Origin: Chiloscyllium plagiosum
Lineage: Eukaryota
Direction of reading: 5' to 3'
DNA length: 64,000 nt
NCBI RefSeq assembly: GCF_004010195.1
Contig: NC_057718.1
Coordinates: forward strand, 104,866,158 to 104,930,157
Below, piece after piece: positions 26,410 to 40,797 of this stretch. The translations under genes and the position numbers were made by a program. Position 1 is the stretch's first letter; the number at the start of each line of letters is the position of its first letter. The notes beneath the pieces are model-generated. The model did no database searches. It had not been told where the DNA came from and worked only from the letters and a program-made list of their open reading frames with translations.

Positions 26410-29400
26410 CTGCATTAAGCAAGCAACAGTTGGCATTAGTCTGAATTATCTTCTTCTCTGGTGTAACCAGATGCACAAAGTACATTTTAATCCAATTAAG
26501 GGACTAGCTATTTGTCACAGGATGCTTCAAGCCCACTGTGGAAGTATGAAGGTAATAGTGAAAATACTCAGCTTGATGTTCAGGTGGCACATTTTTGGTG
26601 TTTAATCATTCAGCATTTCACACCTCCCCAGGACACATCTTTCACTTCCTTGCTGGCTCCATTTCCATTCCTTTTGCATAATTATGTCATTTTACACCTA
26701 ATCACAGATACTTTGTTTGGGTCTTTTCATTGTTGAAAATCTAATACATTTCTAACTTTTACCAATTCTGATTAAAATTCATTGACCTGAAATATTAACT
26801 GTTTCTCTCCAGCAACTACCAGCCTCAGGAGTATTTTCAGCACCTTTTTAAAATCTTCTTGTTTCATATTGGCAGCATCTCCAGTCTTTTGCTTTGGTAT
26901 TGCCAATCCATGGCGGATTGAGCGTGTTTGGTTCACACTTTCCTAGCCATTCCAAGTACAGCTTCCATTCAGCAAAGCAGGAATACAATATCAACACTTT
27001 AGCAGTGGACTCAATACAATCAGGCTCAGAGTTACAGTCAATTTGTTTACAAAAGGACAAAAAAAAACACCATCAGCTACAATATAGATTCCTGATTTCT
27101 CTGCAAATTAGATTTTCTGGAAGCAGATACGAAAGTATGCGCCACAAGTGAGTGAGTCAATTTTCAACAGAGTAAGGGTCATTGTGGCACAGGTGGTGGT
27201 CATTTGGCTCTTCAAGGCAATGCTGGCTTTTCAAGCCCTGTGCTCACAATGAGCATTGCTTACTTTGGCAAGAGATCAAGGAACTATTGGTCATTTGCAT
27301 CACTTTACCTCCAGATCTATCACCAACTCCAGGACAAGAGTCAGGAACCACACCCTGGCATAAATGTCCCACTCTAAAACAGCTAAAAACAACATACCAG
27401 CCTCTATTTCCAGATCTCTGATGGGCTGGAACCAAAGGAGTAAAAGAATAAGGAAGTATTTCTACAATTCTATGGAGCATGGGTGACACCACTTCTCGAA
27501 TGTAAGAGACTTTGATATCCATACTTAAGGATATACTGTTATAATCCCAGCTGGGAAAATCAGCTCCCAATTAGATCATTGGTCATCATTACTCTTTGAT
27601 AAAAGCATGGGTTGCTCACTGAAAAAAACACAGAAGATTGTTGAATTGGTTTTAATAATAAAACATATGCTCATTACACACAATTAAAAATGAAATTAAA
27701 CATGCCAATCTACATTTGGAAGATTTCAAAATTTCATTGCTTTTACAAAAAAAAAGATTTTGCTTTTCAAAGAAAGCAACATCTAAAACAGGACTGATCC
27801 AAACTAGGAGGGAAATTCTTCATTGAATGGCAGATTCAAAACATATTTTCCTCTATTCATTAGATTAAGAGAAGTGAATTCCCGTAACCAACTGAGAATA
27901 GATTTCAAAAGAAAAAGACCTTCTCTAAGAACTTCTGTCTAACCTTTTCCAGCTACCACACTGGTTAAGTTCGGATGACTCCCTGTTCTTTCAGATTAAC
28001 TAGCATGGTGCATGTGCATTTTTGCCTTTAAAATCAACTTACTAAAGCTCAATCTTAATTTTGCTCTTTGCATATCAAATATTTCCATTCACTTTTGTTG
28101 CTCCAACAAAAATAATTTGCTTTCCTTTGGGATATGAGGGACTGGAGTTAAAGGACATTAAGAAATTAGAGTAGGCCATTTGGCCCATCAAGCCTGCTTC
28201 ACCATTCAAGACAATCCTGGCTGATTGGGTAGAAAAATGGAATCAAGAGTGACAATCTCCATATCCTCAATGTCCTGAAGGGCCAAACATCTGCCTATTT
28301 CAGCCTTAAATATATTCAGTGATGTAAGTACACAATGCTGTGGGGTACAGAACTCTAAAGTTAAGTGAATTTCATTGAGTGAAAGACATCCCGCGATTTA
28401 GACTCCCCATCCAGGGAAACACGTCTCAGTACTTCTAATTCGCCGTATAAGGACCTTGTGGGTTGTAATAAGATCACCTCACTCTTTTAAACTCTATTAG
28501 AGGACCAGTGCTCTGGCATGGTCATTAACTGACTTGTCCTCTCTTTTAAAATTTGGAAGCTAAAGACATGCTGTTGGAATCTTTGTTTTGTTGCCATCCT
28601 GGGTTGTGCAGTTGAGATTGATGGAATGAACAACCACCACAAACTCAACACTCGGGCTTATAAAATGTTAGAAAACTAACCTGCAAGAAATATTCATCTT
28701 GGAGGAAAAACTATGATGGCAAGCAGAAGGATTTTCAAAAATTAATTATGGCAACTTGCCTCAATTTTACTTTCTTGTAATTATGGATATGGAAACTTCA
28801 TTTTTCTACATAACATTTTCTTATGGCTTTAGTATCTGATTAATACATTTCCTACTTCTTCCTCTGTTACTACTTTGTGAACATGAAATTTAAACACCAC
28901 AACTGTAACAGACTTGTGCGTATACAGATCACAAAATGTGACACAGGAAGTATGACAGGAGTCTCAGATGCATGAATGCCTCATACAACACTATGTTTTA
29001 GCAGAACTCTTGGGCATTACAATCAACTAAAGGATGCGTCACAGACACGCAACTGTTAGCTGGCATTCAAGGAGAAATCTTACCATCTGTCGTCTTTGTT
29101 TAGCTCCTTTTAACTGGGAGATGGTGGGTGTTTGGGGGAAAGGGTGCTGCAGAGAAAATCAAGCCACGTGGCCCAATGGAAGATGCAGGGCATTTTGAGC
29201 AACAAAATTGGGTCAGCAGTACAAGGTGAGTTAAGGTTCTCTCAGGCTGCTGGTATAGGGTGACAAGTGAATTATCAAAGTCAGGTCTTTGGTGTCTAAA
29301 GCTGTTTAGTAACACAGGGCCTTTTTAAAGCAGAAATGTCTGCAATGTCCATTCACAAGGGCCAAGATTCAATCCCGCATTGCCAGCCCATCCCTCCCAC

Positions 29401-32034
29401 ATTATGTAAGACCTCAAACTCCGATCTACTGCAACAAATACTGATTGCTAACCTCTTCAGGCCTGTATTTTGAACGTAGAACAGCAAAGAAACAGGGCCT
29501 TTGGCCCACTACGTCTGTGCCAAGCATGATGCCATCATAAATTAATTCAATCTGTCTGCACATGGTCTGGATACCTCTATTTCCTGACTGTACACCTGTC
29601 TAAGTGCCTCAAACTTTGCTAATGTATCTGCTTTGACCTCCTCTCCTGGCAGTGATTATCAGGTACCTATAACCCCCCATGTGTAAAAGGTTTCCTTGCA
29701 CATCACCTTTAAACGTTACTCCTCTCACCTTAAACCTATGCCTCTAGTATTTGACATGTCCACGCTGGGAAAAAGACTTCTATTCTCCAGCCTATCCATG
29801 CTGGTCATAATTTTATATACTTCAATCAGATCGCCCCTCTGTCTCAATACCATAGCGAAAACTATCCACGTTTGTCCGACCTCTACTTAAAGCTAATACA
29901 TTCCAATCCAGACAATATCCTGGTAAATCTTTTTGCACCTGCTCACTTGTCATGATCCAACATGACACTGTCCTCAAAGGGTGCCATAAATGACTTACTG
30001 AGCACTTGTAGCAATGTAAAATTTGATAAATCTTCATTTTTCCCTCCAAGATTTTCTCAATTCTGTTTTCTCTTTACAGTTCCCTATATCATCAGACCCA
30101 ACTCAGTATCTTATTTGCTTTCCAGCTTACAGCTAGATCAAAGCACATAAGATAAAGATTAACTAGGGCAGGTTTCACCAATAGGCAGTGGCAAGATATG
30201 GCAGATTTAGGGTAATAGAATGTTAAGAAAAGAAAAGGAGGTTACTAACTTTAGGGTACAGTAGACAGAAAACATGTTTGCAGTTTGTTATTGACAGGGA
30301 TGGTAGAGAAGTCTGAGAGGGAGGGGCTTGTAATGGGGCAGAAAACAGAAAAGAGGTCACAGTGATGGAAAGGAATGGATGTATACCGCAGAATGGCAAT
30401 GAAGATGCAATTAGGCAATACTTAGGATGCATAGGATGGGGAAGGAAACTGCAGGGGATGGGCACAGTCGAAATGTGGAGCCTATTCAAGGACCAGCTAC
30501 TGCTGATTGCCAAGCCTTTGGTTTTGATCTTTATGTCATCATTGTCTACAGGAATAGTGCCAGAAGACTTAAGGATAGCAAATGTTGTTCCCTTGTTCAA
30601 GGAGAATAAAGACAACCTTGTATAATTATAGACCTGTGAGCCTTACTTTGGTTGTGGGTAAAGTGTTGGAAAGGGTAATAAGAGATAGGGTTTAAGATTA
30701 TCTAGAAAAGAATAAGTTGATTAGGGATAGTCAACACAGTTTTGCGAAGGATAGGTCGCACAGCAGGTCAGGCAGCATCCAGGGAACAGGAGATTCGACG
30801 TTTCGGGCACAGGCCCTTCTTCAGGAATGAGCAGAGAGTGTTCAGCAGGAGAAGATAAAAGGTAGGGAGGAGGGACTAAACCCATTGACTGTTCCACCGC
30901 ATGTTTTAATGTGATTATGGTTTTTGCCTGTATTACCCTTTGAACTCGTGGGTTCCAGAACCTCACCACTGATGAGAAAGTTGTTCCAGGTGTCATAGTC
31001 AATATTTTTTCAATAATTAGTACAGCATTTCTTTTTGTGGGAGCTTGCTACATGTAAATTGCCTGCTATGTGTCAACACTGACTGTACTTCCAAAGTACT
31101 TTATTGGCTGTAAAGCATTTTGGATCTTTCTGTGGCCATAACAGTTACTATATAAATGCAATTTAATTTTAATAACTCAATAGTTACTCATAGAAATCTA
31201 ATGTTATATCACTGGGATGCTTTTTTGCCATTATTATGGCAATAATGTTTTTTTCAAATTTAAAAAAAAGTTATGATATTTCAGCTACTTTAATCCCATG
31301 TGTATCACTGATGATTTGTATTTACTCTGTGGAAATTTTAATTGAGTAGAAGATTTTACTGCATTTTACTTTCTGATTTGCTGTTTGAGAATACTTCAGT
31401 GTAATTGGCTGCCAACTCCCTGCGGTGATATCACTGTTACTGTATGCCTAGTGTTTGTCTTGATCTTGCACATATCAAGAAAGGGAAACTTCATGCCTCA
31501 GAGATCACTAGATAGCAGAAAATCCCTTTAATACTTCAAAGTACTCTTTTGGTATGATCCTAGATATTGAATATTGTTAGATATTATTACTGGAGCGAAT
31601 CATAGATTTACATTTAAATAGTTCCCATTTCTGTCTTTGTTCACTCCTTTCCTCAGCAATATTTTGTGTTTGATTTTGTCTACTTTCTGTGGTTTTATTT
31701 ACCCTAATGAAGAAGAGCATATCTTCTCAACATCACAACTATTGATCTCACCCTGCTTGGCTGTTGTATGGAACCCCCTACGTGTTAACCCCTTAAAGCC
31801 AAATACATAACAATATTGTCAAATTTGATGGAATTTTAATGCATTTACTTTAGGGGAAATTTGGCATGTTAATATGCTGCAGTTTTTCTTATCTGCGATG
31901 TTTTGTGTTATGTTGCTGAAAATATTACTGATGAAATACTTAGCAGTTGTAGTAAAATCATGCGTATACTTAGGATGAAGAAGATTATGAGTACCACATA
32001 TGCTTGGTCCAGTTCTTGTTGGATTCATTTGGAT

Positions 32035-32449
32035 ATCAAAGTTGAAACTTTATTGCTGGAACAGCACAGCAGGTCAGGCAGCATCCAGGGAACAGGAGAT
32101 TCGACGTTTCGGGCACAGGCCCTTCTTCAGGAATGAGCAGAGAGTGTTCAGCAGGAGAAGATAAAAGGTAGGGAGGAGGGACTTGGAGGAGGGGCGTTGG
32201 AAATGTGATAGGTGGAAAGAGGTCAAGGTGAGGGTGATAGGTGGGAGTAGGATGGAGGCGGAGAGGTCAAGAAGAAGACATTTCCAACTCCCCTCCTCCA
32301 AGTCCCTCCTCCCTACCTTTTATCTTCTCCTGCTGAACACACTCTGCTCATTCCTGAAGAAGGGCCTGTGCCCGAAACGTCGAATCTCCTGTTCCCTGGA
32401 TGCTGCCTGACCTGCTGTGCTGTTCCAGCAATAAAGTTTCAACTTTGAT
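32035..32449. repeat. 172-bp inverted repeat (32035-32206 / 32278-32449), 2 mismatches, 71-bp loop
   Basis: Direct reverse-complement comparison; it also explains the identical C-termini of ORFs 32074-32301(-) and 32183-32410(+). Confidence 0.95.
32351..32384 (+). ncRNA. Minimal hammerhead ribozyme motif, PLE family B (identical minus-strand copies at 32100-32133 and 30794-30827)
   Basis: ttc-CTGAAGA-a-gggc-ctgt-gccc-GAAAC-GTC-gaa: both core boxes, stem II, stem I (ttc/gaa), palindromic ACGT stem III, GUC triplet. Confidence 0.75.
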
Positions 32450-33537
32450 CTCCAGCATCTGCAGACCTCACTTTCCCCTCGAAGGATAGGTCGCACCTTA
32501 CAATCCTTACTCAGTTCTTGAAAAGGTGATCAAACAGGTAGATGAGGGTAAAGTGGTTGATGTGGTGTATATGGATTTCAGTGGTGTTTGATAAGGTTAC
32601 CCACAGTAGGCTATTGCACAAAATACAGAGGCATGGGATCGAGGGTGATTCAGCGCTCATCTCCACGATACAAACACTTTTCAAGTACAAAACAGTATCA
32701 CCTAGCTTTTGAAACCAAATACTGCCAGACACAATAAATGAATTGAGCCATATTGGGGCACAACAGTATAGGAAGGGTCCTGGGTCCAGCAACAAAGATG
32801 ATAACAGACGAATACTGAGATTTAGCACAATAGGACTCCTGACATCTGATAATACAAGCAATGGATCTTACAGTTAGCAATTGGACTTGTAGCAGTGCAA
32901 CAAGCATCTGATCCCAATGGGTTAGTCTGATTCAAGGTGATGTCGTACCTAACTAATGAATTGCAAAGCATTTCTCCAGAATCAGTGAATTAAGTGCTCT
33001 CATTAAAATTAATTTATTAAACAAATATTAGAATTGCAAACTATTAATATTTAAACGGTTAGCAGAATAGTTAGCAATTTTTGCAATGTTTGGGCAAGTA
33101 TGTCATGTTAAAAGATTACATTGGAATATCTCTCTGGATATTCATGTAATATTAAAGGGTTAAACTGCACTGACTGAACATTCTGGAATTGGGTGGGGAC
33201 GACATTCAGACAGGAATGCAGACGATTTCCCCTCCATTTAGACACAGTCATTTACTACTACTCCCCTACTATTATCAAATTAAACGACCATTCAATCTCT
33301 TCCATTCAGAAATGCTTTAATCACCAACCCCGAAGCTAGGACATATCACACCGGCATTGTTTTGGGGCATCACTGAGTCAGGAAGTCGGCTGCATAACGA
33401 TTCCCCAGGATTAGGGCATTTACATTTGTATTATCTCAGAGGACAATCTAATCCTACCATTGTCCCTGGGGTAACGTGGTGGTGGTGGTGTTGGTAGTAG
33501 ATGAAGCAGAGTTGCTGTGAGCATTTCCAACTGACCT

Positions 33538-36300
33538 GTATAAATCCTCCAACATCCTTGTAAATCTTTTCTGAACCCTTTCAAGTTTCACAACATCCTT
33601 CCCAAAGGAAGGAGACCAGAAATGCATGCAATATTCCAAAAGTGGCCTAACGAATGTCCTGTATAGCCACAACATGACTTCCCGACTCCTGTACTCAATA
33701 CTTTGACCAATAAAGGAAAGCATACCAAACGCCTTCTTCACTATCCTATCTACCTGCGACTCCACTTTCAAGGAGCTATGAACCTGCACTCCAAGGTCTC
33801 TTTGTTTAGCAACACTCCCTAGGACCTTACCATTAAGTGTATAAGTCCTGCTGAGATTTGCTTTCCCAAAATGCAGCATCTCACATTTATCTAAATTAAT
33901 CTTGATTTGCCACTCCTCAGCCCATTGGCTCATCTGATCAAGATCCTGTTGTAATCCTGAGGTAACCTTCTTTGCTATCCACTGCACCTCCAATTTTGGT
34001 GTCATCAGCAAACTTACTAACTATACTTCTTATGCTCACATCCAAATCATTTATATAAAATGATCAAATGTAGTGGGCCCACTACCGACGTCAGGCTCAC
34101 TGGCCTATAGTTTCCTGGCTTGTCCTTACCACCCTTCTTAAACAGTGGCACCACGTTAGCCAACTGCCAACTTTTAGATCTGGTCTATCCCAGCAATCAC
34201 TTCACAAGCTTCCCAGAGTTCTAGGATACACTCGATCAGATCCTGGGGATTTATCTATTTTTAGGCGTTTCAAGACATCCCGCACTTTCTCCACTGTAAT
34301 AAGGACATTTTTCAAGCTGTCACCATATATTTCCTGACATTCTATATCCTCCATATCCTTTGTCACAGTAAGCACTGATGCAAAATACTTTAGTATCTCC
34401 CCCATATTGCTCCACACAAAGGCTGCCTTGCTGATCTTTGAGGGGCCCTATTATCTCACTAGTTACCCTTTTGTCCTTAAATGTATTTATAAAAACTCTT
34501 TGGATTCTCCTTAATTCTATTTGCCAAAGCTATCTCATGTCCCCTTTTTGCCCTCCTGATTTCCCTCTTAAGTATACTTTTACTTCCTTTATACTCTAGG
34601 GTTCACTCGGTCTCTCCTGTCTAGATCTTACATATGCTTCCTTCTTTTTCCTAACCAAACCCTCAATTTCTTTAATCATCCAGCATTCCCTATACCTACC
34701 AGCCTTTCCTTTCACCGTAACAGGAATATACTTTCTCTGGATTCTTATCGCATTTCTGAAGGCTTCCCATTTTCCAGCCGTCCCTTTACCTGCGAACATC
34801 TGCCCCCAATCAGCTTTCGAAAGTTCTTGCCTAATACCGTCAAAATTGGCCTTTCTCCGATTTAGAACTTCAACTTTTAGATCTGGTCTATCCTTTTCCA
34901 TCATTATTTTAAATCTAATAGAATTATGGTCACTGGCCCCAAAGTGCTCCCCCACTGACACCTCAGTCACCTGCCCTGCCTTATTTCCCAAGAGTAGATG
35001 CAAAACGTGACCTTCTCTTGAAGGTACATCCACATACTGAATTTTCAGAAAAATTCAAAAACTTTTCTTCTACACACTTAAATTCCTCTCCATCTAAACC
35101 CTTAACACTATGGCAGTCTCAGTCTATGTTTGGAAAGTTAAAATCCCCTACCATAACCATCCTATTATTCTTACAGATAACTGAGATCTCCTTACAAATT
35201 TGTTTCTCAATTTCCCTCTGACTATTAGGGGGTTTATAATACAATCCCAATAAGGTGATCATCCCTTTCTTATTTCTCAGTTCCACCTAATAACTTCCCT
35301 GTATGTATTTCCGGGAATATCCTCCCTCAGCACAGCTGTAATTCTATCCCTCATCAAAAAGGTCACTTCCCCCTCCTCTCTCGCCTCCCTTTCTGTCCTT
35401 CCTGTAGCATTTGTATCCTGGAACATTAAGCTGTCAGTCCTGTCCATCCTTGAGCCACGTTTCTGTAATTACTATGATACCCCAGCCCCATGTTCCTAAC
35501 CATGCCCGGAGTTTATCTGCCCCTTGCATTGAAATAAATGCAGTTTAATTTATTATTCCTACCTTGTCCCTGCTTGCCCTGACTGTTTGACTCACCTTTG
35601 TTCTCAACTCCTCCCATACACCAGCTCCTCAGCCATACATTGATCTGCTCTATTCTCCTATTCCTGCCCTCACTAGCTCATAGCACCAGGTGTGATCCAG
35701 ATATTACTACTCTCAAGGACCGCCTTTTTAAATTCCTGCCTAACTCTCTGTAATCTCCCTTCAGAATCTCAACCTTTTCCCTTCCTATGTCATTGGTTCC
35801 ACTGTGTACAATGGCCTCCTGCAGGTCCCTCTTCCCCCTGCGGGCATTCTGCACCCTCTGAGACATCCTTGATGCTGGCACCAGGGAAGCAACACACCAT
35901 TCTGATTTTTCACTGCTGGCCACAGAAACGTCTGTCGGTACCTTGGACTAGAGAGCCCCCTAACACAATTGATCGCTTAGAACCCAACATACCTCTCATT
36001 ACATTAGAGCTAGTCACAATACCAGAAACTTGACTATTTGTGCTATCACTCCCTACATTTTCCAAAACAGCAGTCTTGTTCGAAATGGGGATAGCCACAG
36101 AAGACACCTGCACTACCGGCCTACCTCTCTTACCTTTCCTGGAGTTAACCCATCTATGTGCATGTGAGGCTTCCCCCCCACTCCCCTTCCTATAATTACC
36201 ATCCATCATATCCCCTTGCTCTTGTAAATTCCTCATTGCCTTTAACGGCCTCTCCAACGGATCCTTTCAATCTGATAGGATTCACAACCAAAGGCAGTGA
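33538..36300 (-). mobile_element. Long decayed CR1 LINE (ORF1 with esterase-like HSGTND motif, endonuclease and RT pieces, internal deletions)
   Basis: ORFs 35910-36257, 35678-35923 (VHSGTNDIGR), 34596-35033 (EHFGASDHNSIRF), 33454-34011 ([18 protein letters not shown]). Confidence 0.92.
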
Positions 36301-38714
36301 TCAATTAGCAGGTCTAAAACAGCTTGTTCAAGTAGCTCCATAGCATGCTGTTCGGAAAAGCTGCCCCAAATACACTCTAGGAACTCATTTGATTGCAAGA
36401 TTTCTACTCTGTCCTACAATGTAGTCACTTGAAGAACTGTATTCACTGAGATAGGCTAAAAGAGTTCTACGCTTATCTGGAAGAGTCCAGTTCCAGCCAA
36501 TTCAAGCTGCTTGACATCACTCAGGACAAAGTAGCATACTTGATCAGCACCTGAAATATTCACTCCCTTCGCCACCAGCACACATGCGTTAAGATTCCAC
36601 CAATAGCATCTGGCAAACTCTACCATCTACAAGAACAATGGCTGCAGACTACCCATAAGCTCCCCATGTCACTTGTCATCCTTGGCTGTCACTTGGAAGT
36701 AAATCACTTTTTAGTAATTGTTACTGGGTTAAAAATCCCTAATAAGAGTCTGGGCATAAAACTAGCACCTCAAGGTGTCTTACCACCATCTTCAAGGACA
36801 ATGAGGAATAGGTGATGAATGATGGCCCAGCCAGCCACAATCAGAACTCATGAAGGGATTAAACCTTAGCCTGTTTACTTCAAAACAGCGCAGATTTAGA
36901 GACAATATTAGTTAGCATAATTTGAAGATAGGAGGTGTAATATTACTTGAAATAGTTACCCAATGATGGCTAACTACATAACAGCACAGGTTTTCAAATT
37001 TCTGACGGCGAAGAGCATAACCTGCAAGAGGAGCAGCATGGGAATCGGAGATTAATGGAAATCAGGACATTAAAGACAGTGGTCATTTAGTTGGATCAGA
37101 AAACATTAAATCTTTAACTTAAAAACAAAAATTTAGAAAACTATTTATGGAAAGTCTGCTCACAAATATCTAAAGTATTCGATTTCAGGTGGAAAATACT
37201 TGAAGCTGAACTGAAGGAAGAGACTTAATGGGAATAGACAGAAGTCAAAACGCAGTACATCTCTAAAAATACAAAGCTGAGCATTAAAAGAAAACAGCAG
37301 CAATAGAAAGTGTCAACAACCATAGACAGCGCTAAGCACAAGCAGACAATACTAACTTGAGTGGCAGAGATTTCTCATCCATGGCAAGTTTTAGAGCCAG
37401 TCTTTTAGCAACTATTCATCTGCCATTCCACCATCCTCCCTCAATTAGCTGCAAATAATCAAGCTTCAACCCCTTCTCTTTGAGAAAGTGTTGTGTCCCA
37501 TTCTCTGCTGAATAAGACTTAGGCCCTTTACTTTCAGCCCCTGACAAGCATGATCCCACATGCTTCTCTCTCTCTTCCCCCCCCCCAATCATTTGGGTTG
37601 AAACATATCCAGGTACAAAATAAGGGAATAGAAATGGAGTAAACAGTTGTGGACTAAAAGTCAAAAAAACAAAAAAGCTCACAAATATCAGCAAGGGTCC
37701 CAGGAGAAAAATGAATGCACGAGAACAGGAGATATAAAACACAAGCATCCATATGTCCAAATGAGAAGGAAGCAGTTTCACTCCCTATCTTCAGCCCTCT
37801 GAAGGAGATGTTACTGTCCTCCTGGTCCAGATGCAGGGACATTACCATGCACCAGAAGAGCCCCCGCCCCAGTGAGCATTCGTTGCTGCCCTTAAGCCAC
37901 ATAACTGATCAAGAGTGGAATCACCACTGGATCCCATCTACCCAGTGGTTGCATTTGCCATTCCAATGCCACCAAAGAAAGATTAAGCACTTCGCTGCCA
38001 GCTAGACATCAGAACCCAATTAAAGAACCACCACAGGTTTTTGTAGAAATCAAGTTCCATCTTCACAATGGAGAAAGGGAATGTGCCCATTTTCACAATG
38101 ACAACATCTGCTAACCTTGCGATTTGGAACTCAAACCTGGGCAGCAATGAGGGGCAGTGAGTAATCAGCAACATTAACCACAACCTACAACCATTCCATG
38201 AATTACTCAGTGATCATTCTTTTTAGCTCCTCCAAAACCCTCCACAATCTCAGACGCTAATCTTCAATGAATTTAATTCCCACTGTGTCATTAAGAAATG
38301 GCAGAGTGCCTTCAATACAACAAAGACTATGGGTCCCAATCACATCCTAGCTGCAGAACTGATGATACCCCTAGCAGATTTTTGCAGTGCAATGACAACA
38401 CCGGTTGTCACAGATAGTGTGGAAAATTGCCCTGTTGTCGCACTCAGTCTACAAACGCAGGTAACCTCCAAAATGTTGATAGTGGGAGTCAGTGTTGGTA
38501 ATACCATAGAATGTCAAGGGGAATTGGTTGGAATATCTCTTTTGGAGATAAGCACTGGAGCTATTTGCCCATTCCATCAAACATTTGCCATTCCCTTTTT
38601 ATTGACTTTTCACTTTTTTCATGCGATTAGAATAGCAAGGTTGTTGTTTCTGACTGGTATAGACACATATAAGCCAAACAAACAGTCATTTTATGTGCTG
38701 CAGATTGCCACAAA

Positions 38715-39335
38715 ATACAGGACTTGGGAGGTCATATTGCAGCTGCATAGGACATTGATTAGGCCACTTTGGAATAGTGTGCACAATTCTGGCCTCCCTC
38801 CTATATGAAGGGCATGGTGAAACTTGACAGGGTTCAGAAAAGATTTACAAGGATGTTGCCAGGGTTGGAGGGTTTGAGTTAGGAGGGTTTGAGTTAGAAG
38901 GATATGTTGGGGCTATTTTATCTGGAGCGTCAGAAGCTGACAGGTGACCTTATCGAGGTTTATAAAATCATGAGGGGCATAGATTTGGTAAATAGACATG
39001 GTCTTTTCCCTGGGGTGGGGAAGTCCAAAACTAGAGTGCATAGGTTTATGGTGAGAGGGGAAAGATTTAAAAGGGACTTAAGGGGCAACTTTTCCACATA
39101 GACGGTGGTGCGTGTATGGAATGAGCTGCCAGAGGAAGTGGAGGAGGCTGGTACAATTATAACATTTAAAAGGCAACTGGATGGGTATATGAATATGACT
39201 ATGAATAGAAAGGGGTTAGAGGGATATGGGCCACGTGCTGGTAAACGGGACTAGATTTATATAGGACATCTAGTTGGCATGGACGAGCTGAACCAAAGGT
39301 TCCGTTTCCAAGCTGTATCTCCCTATGACTCTACA
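38715..39335 (+). mobile_element. CR1 LINE 3' end
   Basis: LHRTLIRPL..., [14 protein letters not shown]..., tail ctatgactcta. Confidence 0.92.
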
Positions 39336-40797
39336 GTTAAATTTTAGTACCACTTGTGCTGAAGAATTCTATAACTTTCCTATTTATGTTTCCAGCATTA
39401 ATGCAATATTTATGATCCCGTTACCAATTTGACAATCTACACACACCATTTTGCTAGATTTGAACTCTTCAAGATCCTGTGAACCTTTTCTGCCCCTTTG
39501 CTTAGCTATAACTCATCTTCCATAAGAAAATGATCAAAAATAATCCCGCTGCAGTTTAAACAATTGAGAGATTCATTGTAATACCTTACCTTTCTATTCA
39601 TTACCTCTCAGCTGCAAAATCCTAACTCCACTCGTGTTTCATACCTCTGATCTCACTTCTGATAGTGCATTTAGACTGCAAATGCAAAATCGACGCAAAG
39701 TTGTTTTGCTTCACATTGTCTCAGCAGTCAGCATTAACTGAATCTAAACTTCAGGGTTTGTAGCTGTCCTGACACTTTAGCAAAGGCAGATAACATTCCC
39801 TGAAGCAAGCACTCCAACTCATTCTTGACTCAGTGGAGGCCTTAACTTCAAATTCACAAAATACAATTAGAAAAGTGCAGAGCAGAAAACAATCAGCAAT
39901 GTTATAATCTGTAGTTTAAATGAACCTCAAAGACACATTCTTGCCCCGCCTCTGCGCATCGAAAACATTGAAGCCCACGAGGCAGGTACATTCTCTGTTA
40001 GACTGATTATTCAACAAGCAGCTTTATCCTAACTGACATCTGTACATATCTCATATTTCAGAAGATCTGACCCATAAAACATTATAAAATACCATGGGTG
40101 ATGTTCTCAAACATCTGGAGACTTTTGCTGGCTCAATTCTCAATTTCTATCACAATACTACAAATTACTAATTAATAAGTCTTCATAATGCATTTGGAGA
40201 TACAGCATGTCAGTGCAGTTTTGTAGTAATCCACACTGGCAAGACGAACTTTGCATCCACAATTCTCAGATCCTAATTTCCCTATTACACAAACAGAAGT
40301 CAAATAACCTCTGAAGAGTCATCTAGACTCGAAACATTAGCTTGCTCTCTCTCCATGGATGCTGTCTGACCCGGTATGATCTCCAGCATTTGTTTTCAGT
40401 ACTCTCCCTCAGCAAGTGGTTAAAACTATTAGGTGAACTGTTCTCAACTACTGTTGCATAGCCCCTCATATTCAAATATAAAGCTTGGCTTTGGGACCTT
40501 CGTACAGGTTGCTCGTCAAACTGCAATTAAAAGCAAAAGAAACTGATGCAGAGTTTTAAAACGTTAATATTTGTATGTTGTGGTTCTGTTCGCCGAGCTG
40601 GGAATGTGTGTTGTGGACGTTTCGTCCCCTGTCTAGGTGACATCCTCAGTGCTTGGGAGCCTCCTGTGAAGCGCTTCTGTGTTGGTTCTTCCAGCATTTA
40701 TAGTGGTTTGTGGCTATCCTGACACTTTAGCAAAGGCAGATAACCACTATAAATGCCGGAGGAAACAACACAGAAGCGCTTCACAGGAGGCTCCCAA

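Larger units (their letters stand above)
30390..32655 (+). mobile_element. CR1 LINE RT fragment interrupted by a TSD-flanked PLE composite insertion (30762-32479)
   Basis: IAKPLVLIF..SLSTGIVPEDLRIANVVPLFK before the insertion and gtggttgatgtggtgtatatggatttcagt (VDVVYMDFS) after it; 17-bp duplication CGAAGGATAGGTCGCAC at the break. Confidence 0.88.

Noticed and set aside
33454..36257. 100-185-aa ORFs as host genes or an active LINE
   Set aside because: Frameshifted, deleted CR1 ORF1/ORF2 remnants.
38866..38897. Telomere-like ggagggtttgagtta repeat
   Set aside because: A simple two-copy local duplication within a CR1, not TTAGGG arrays.
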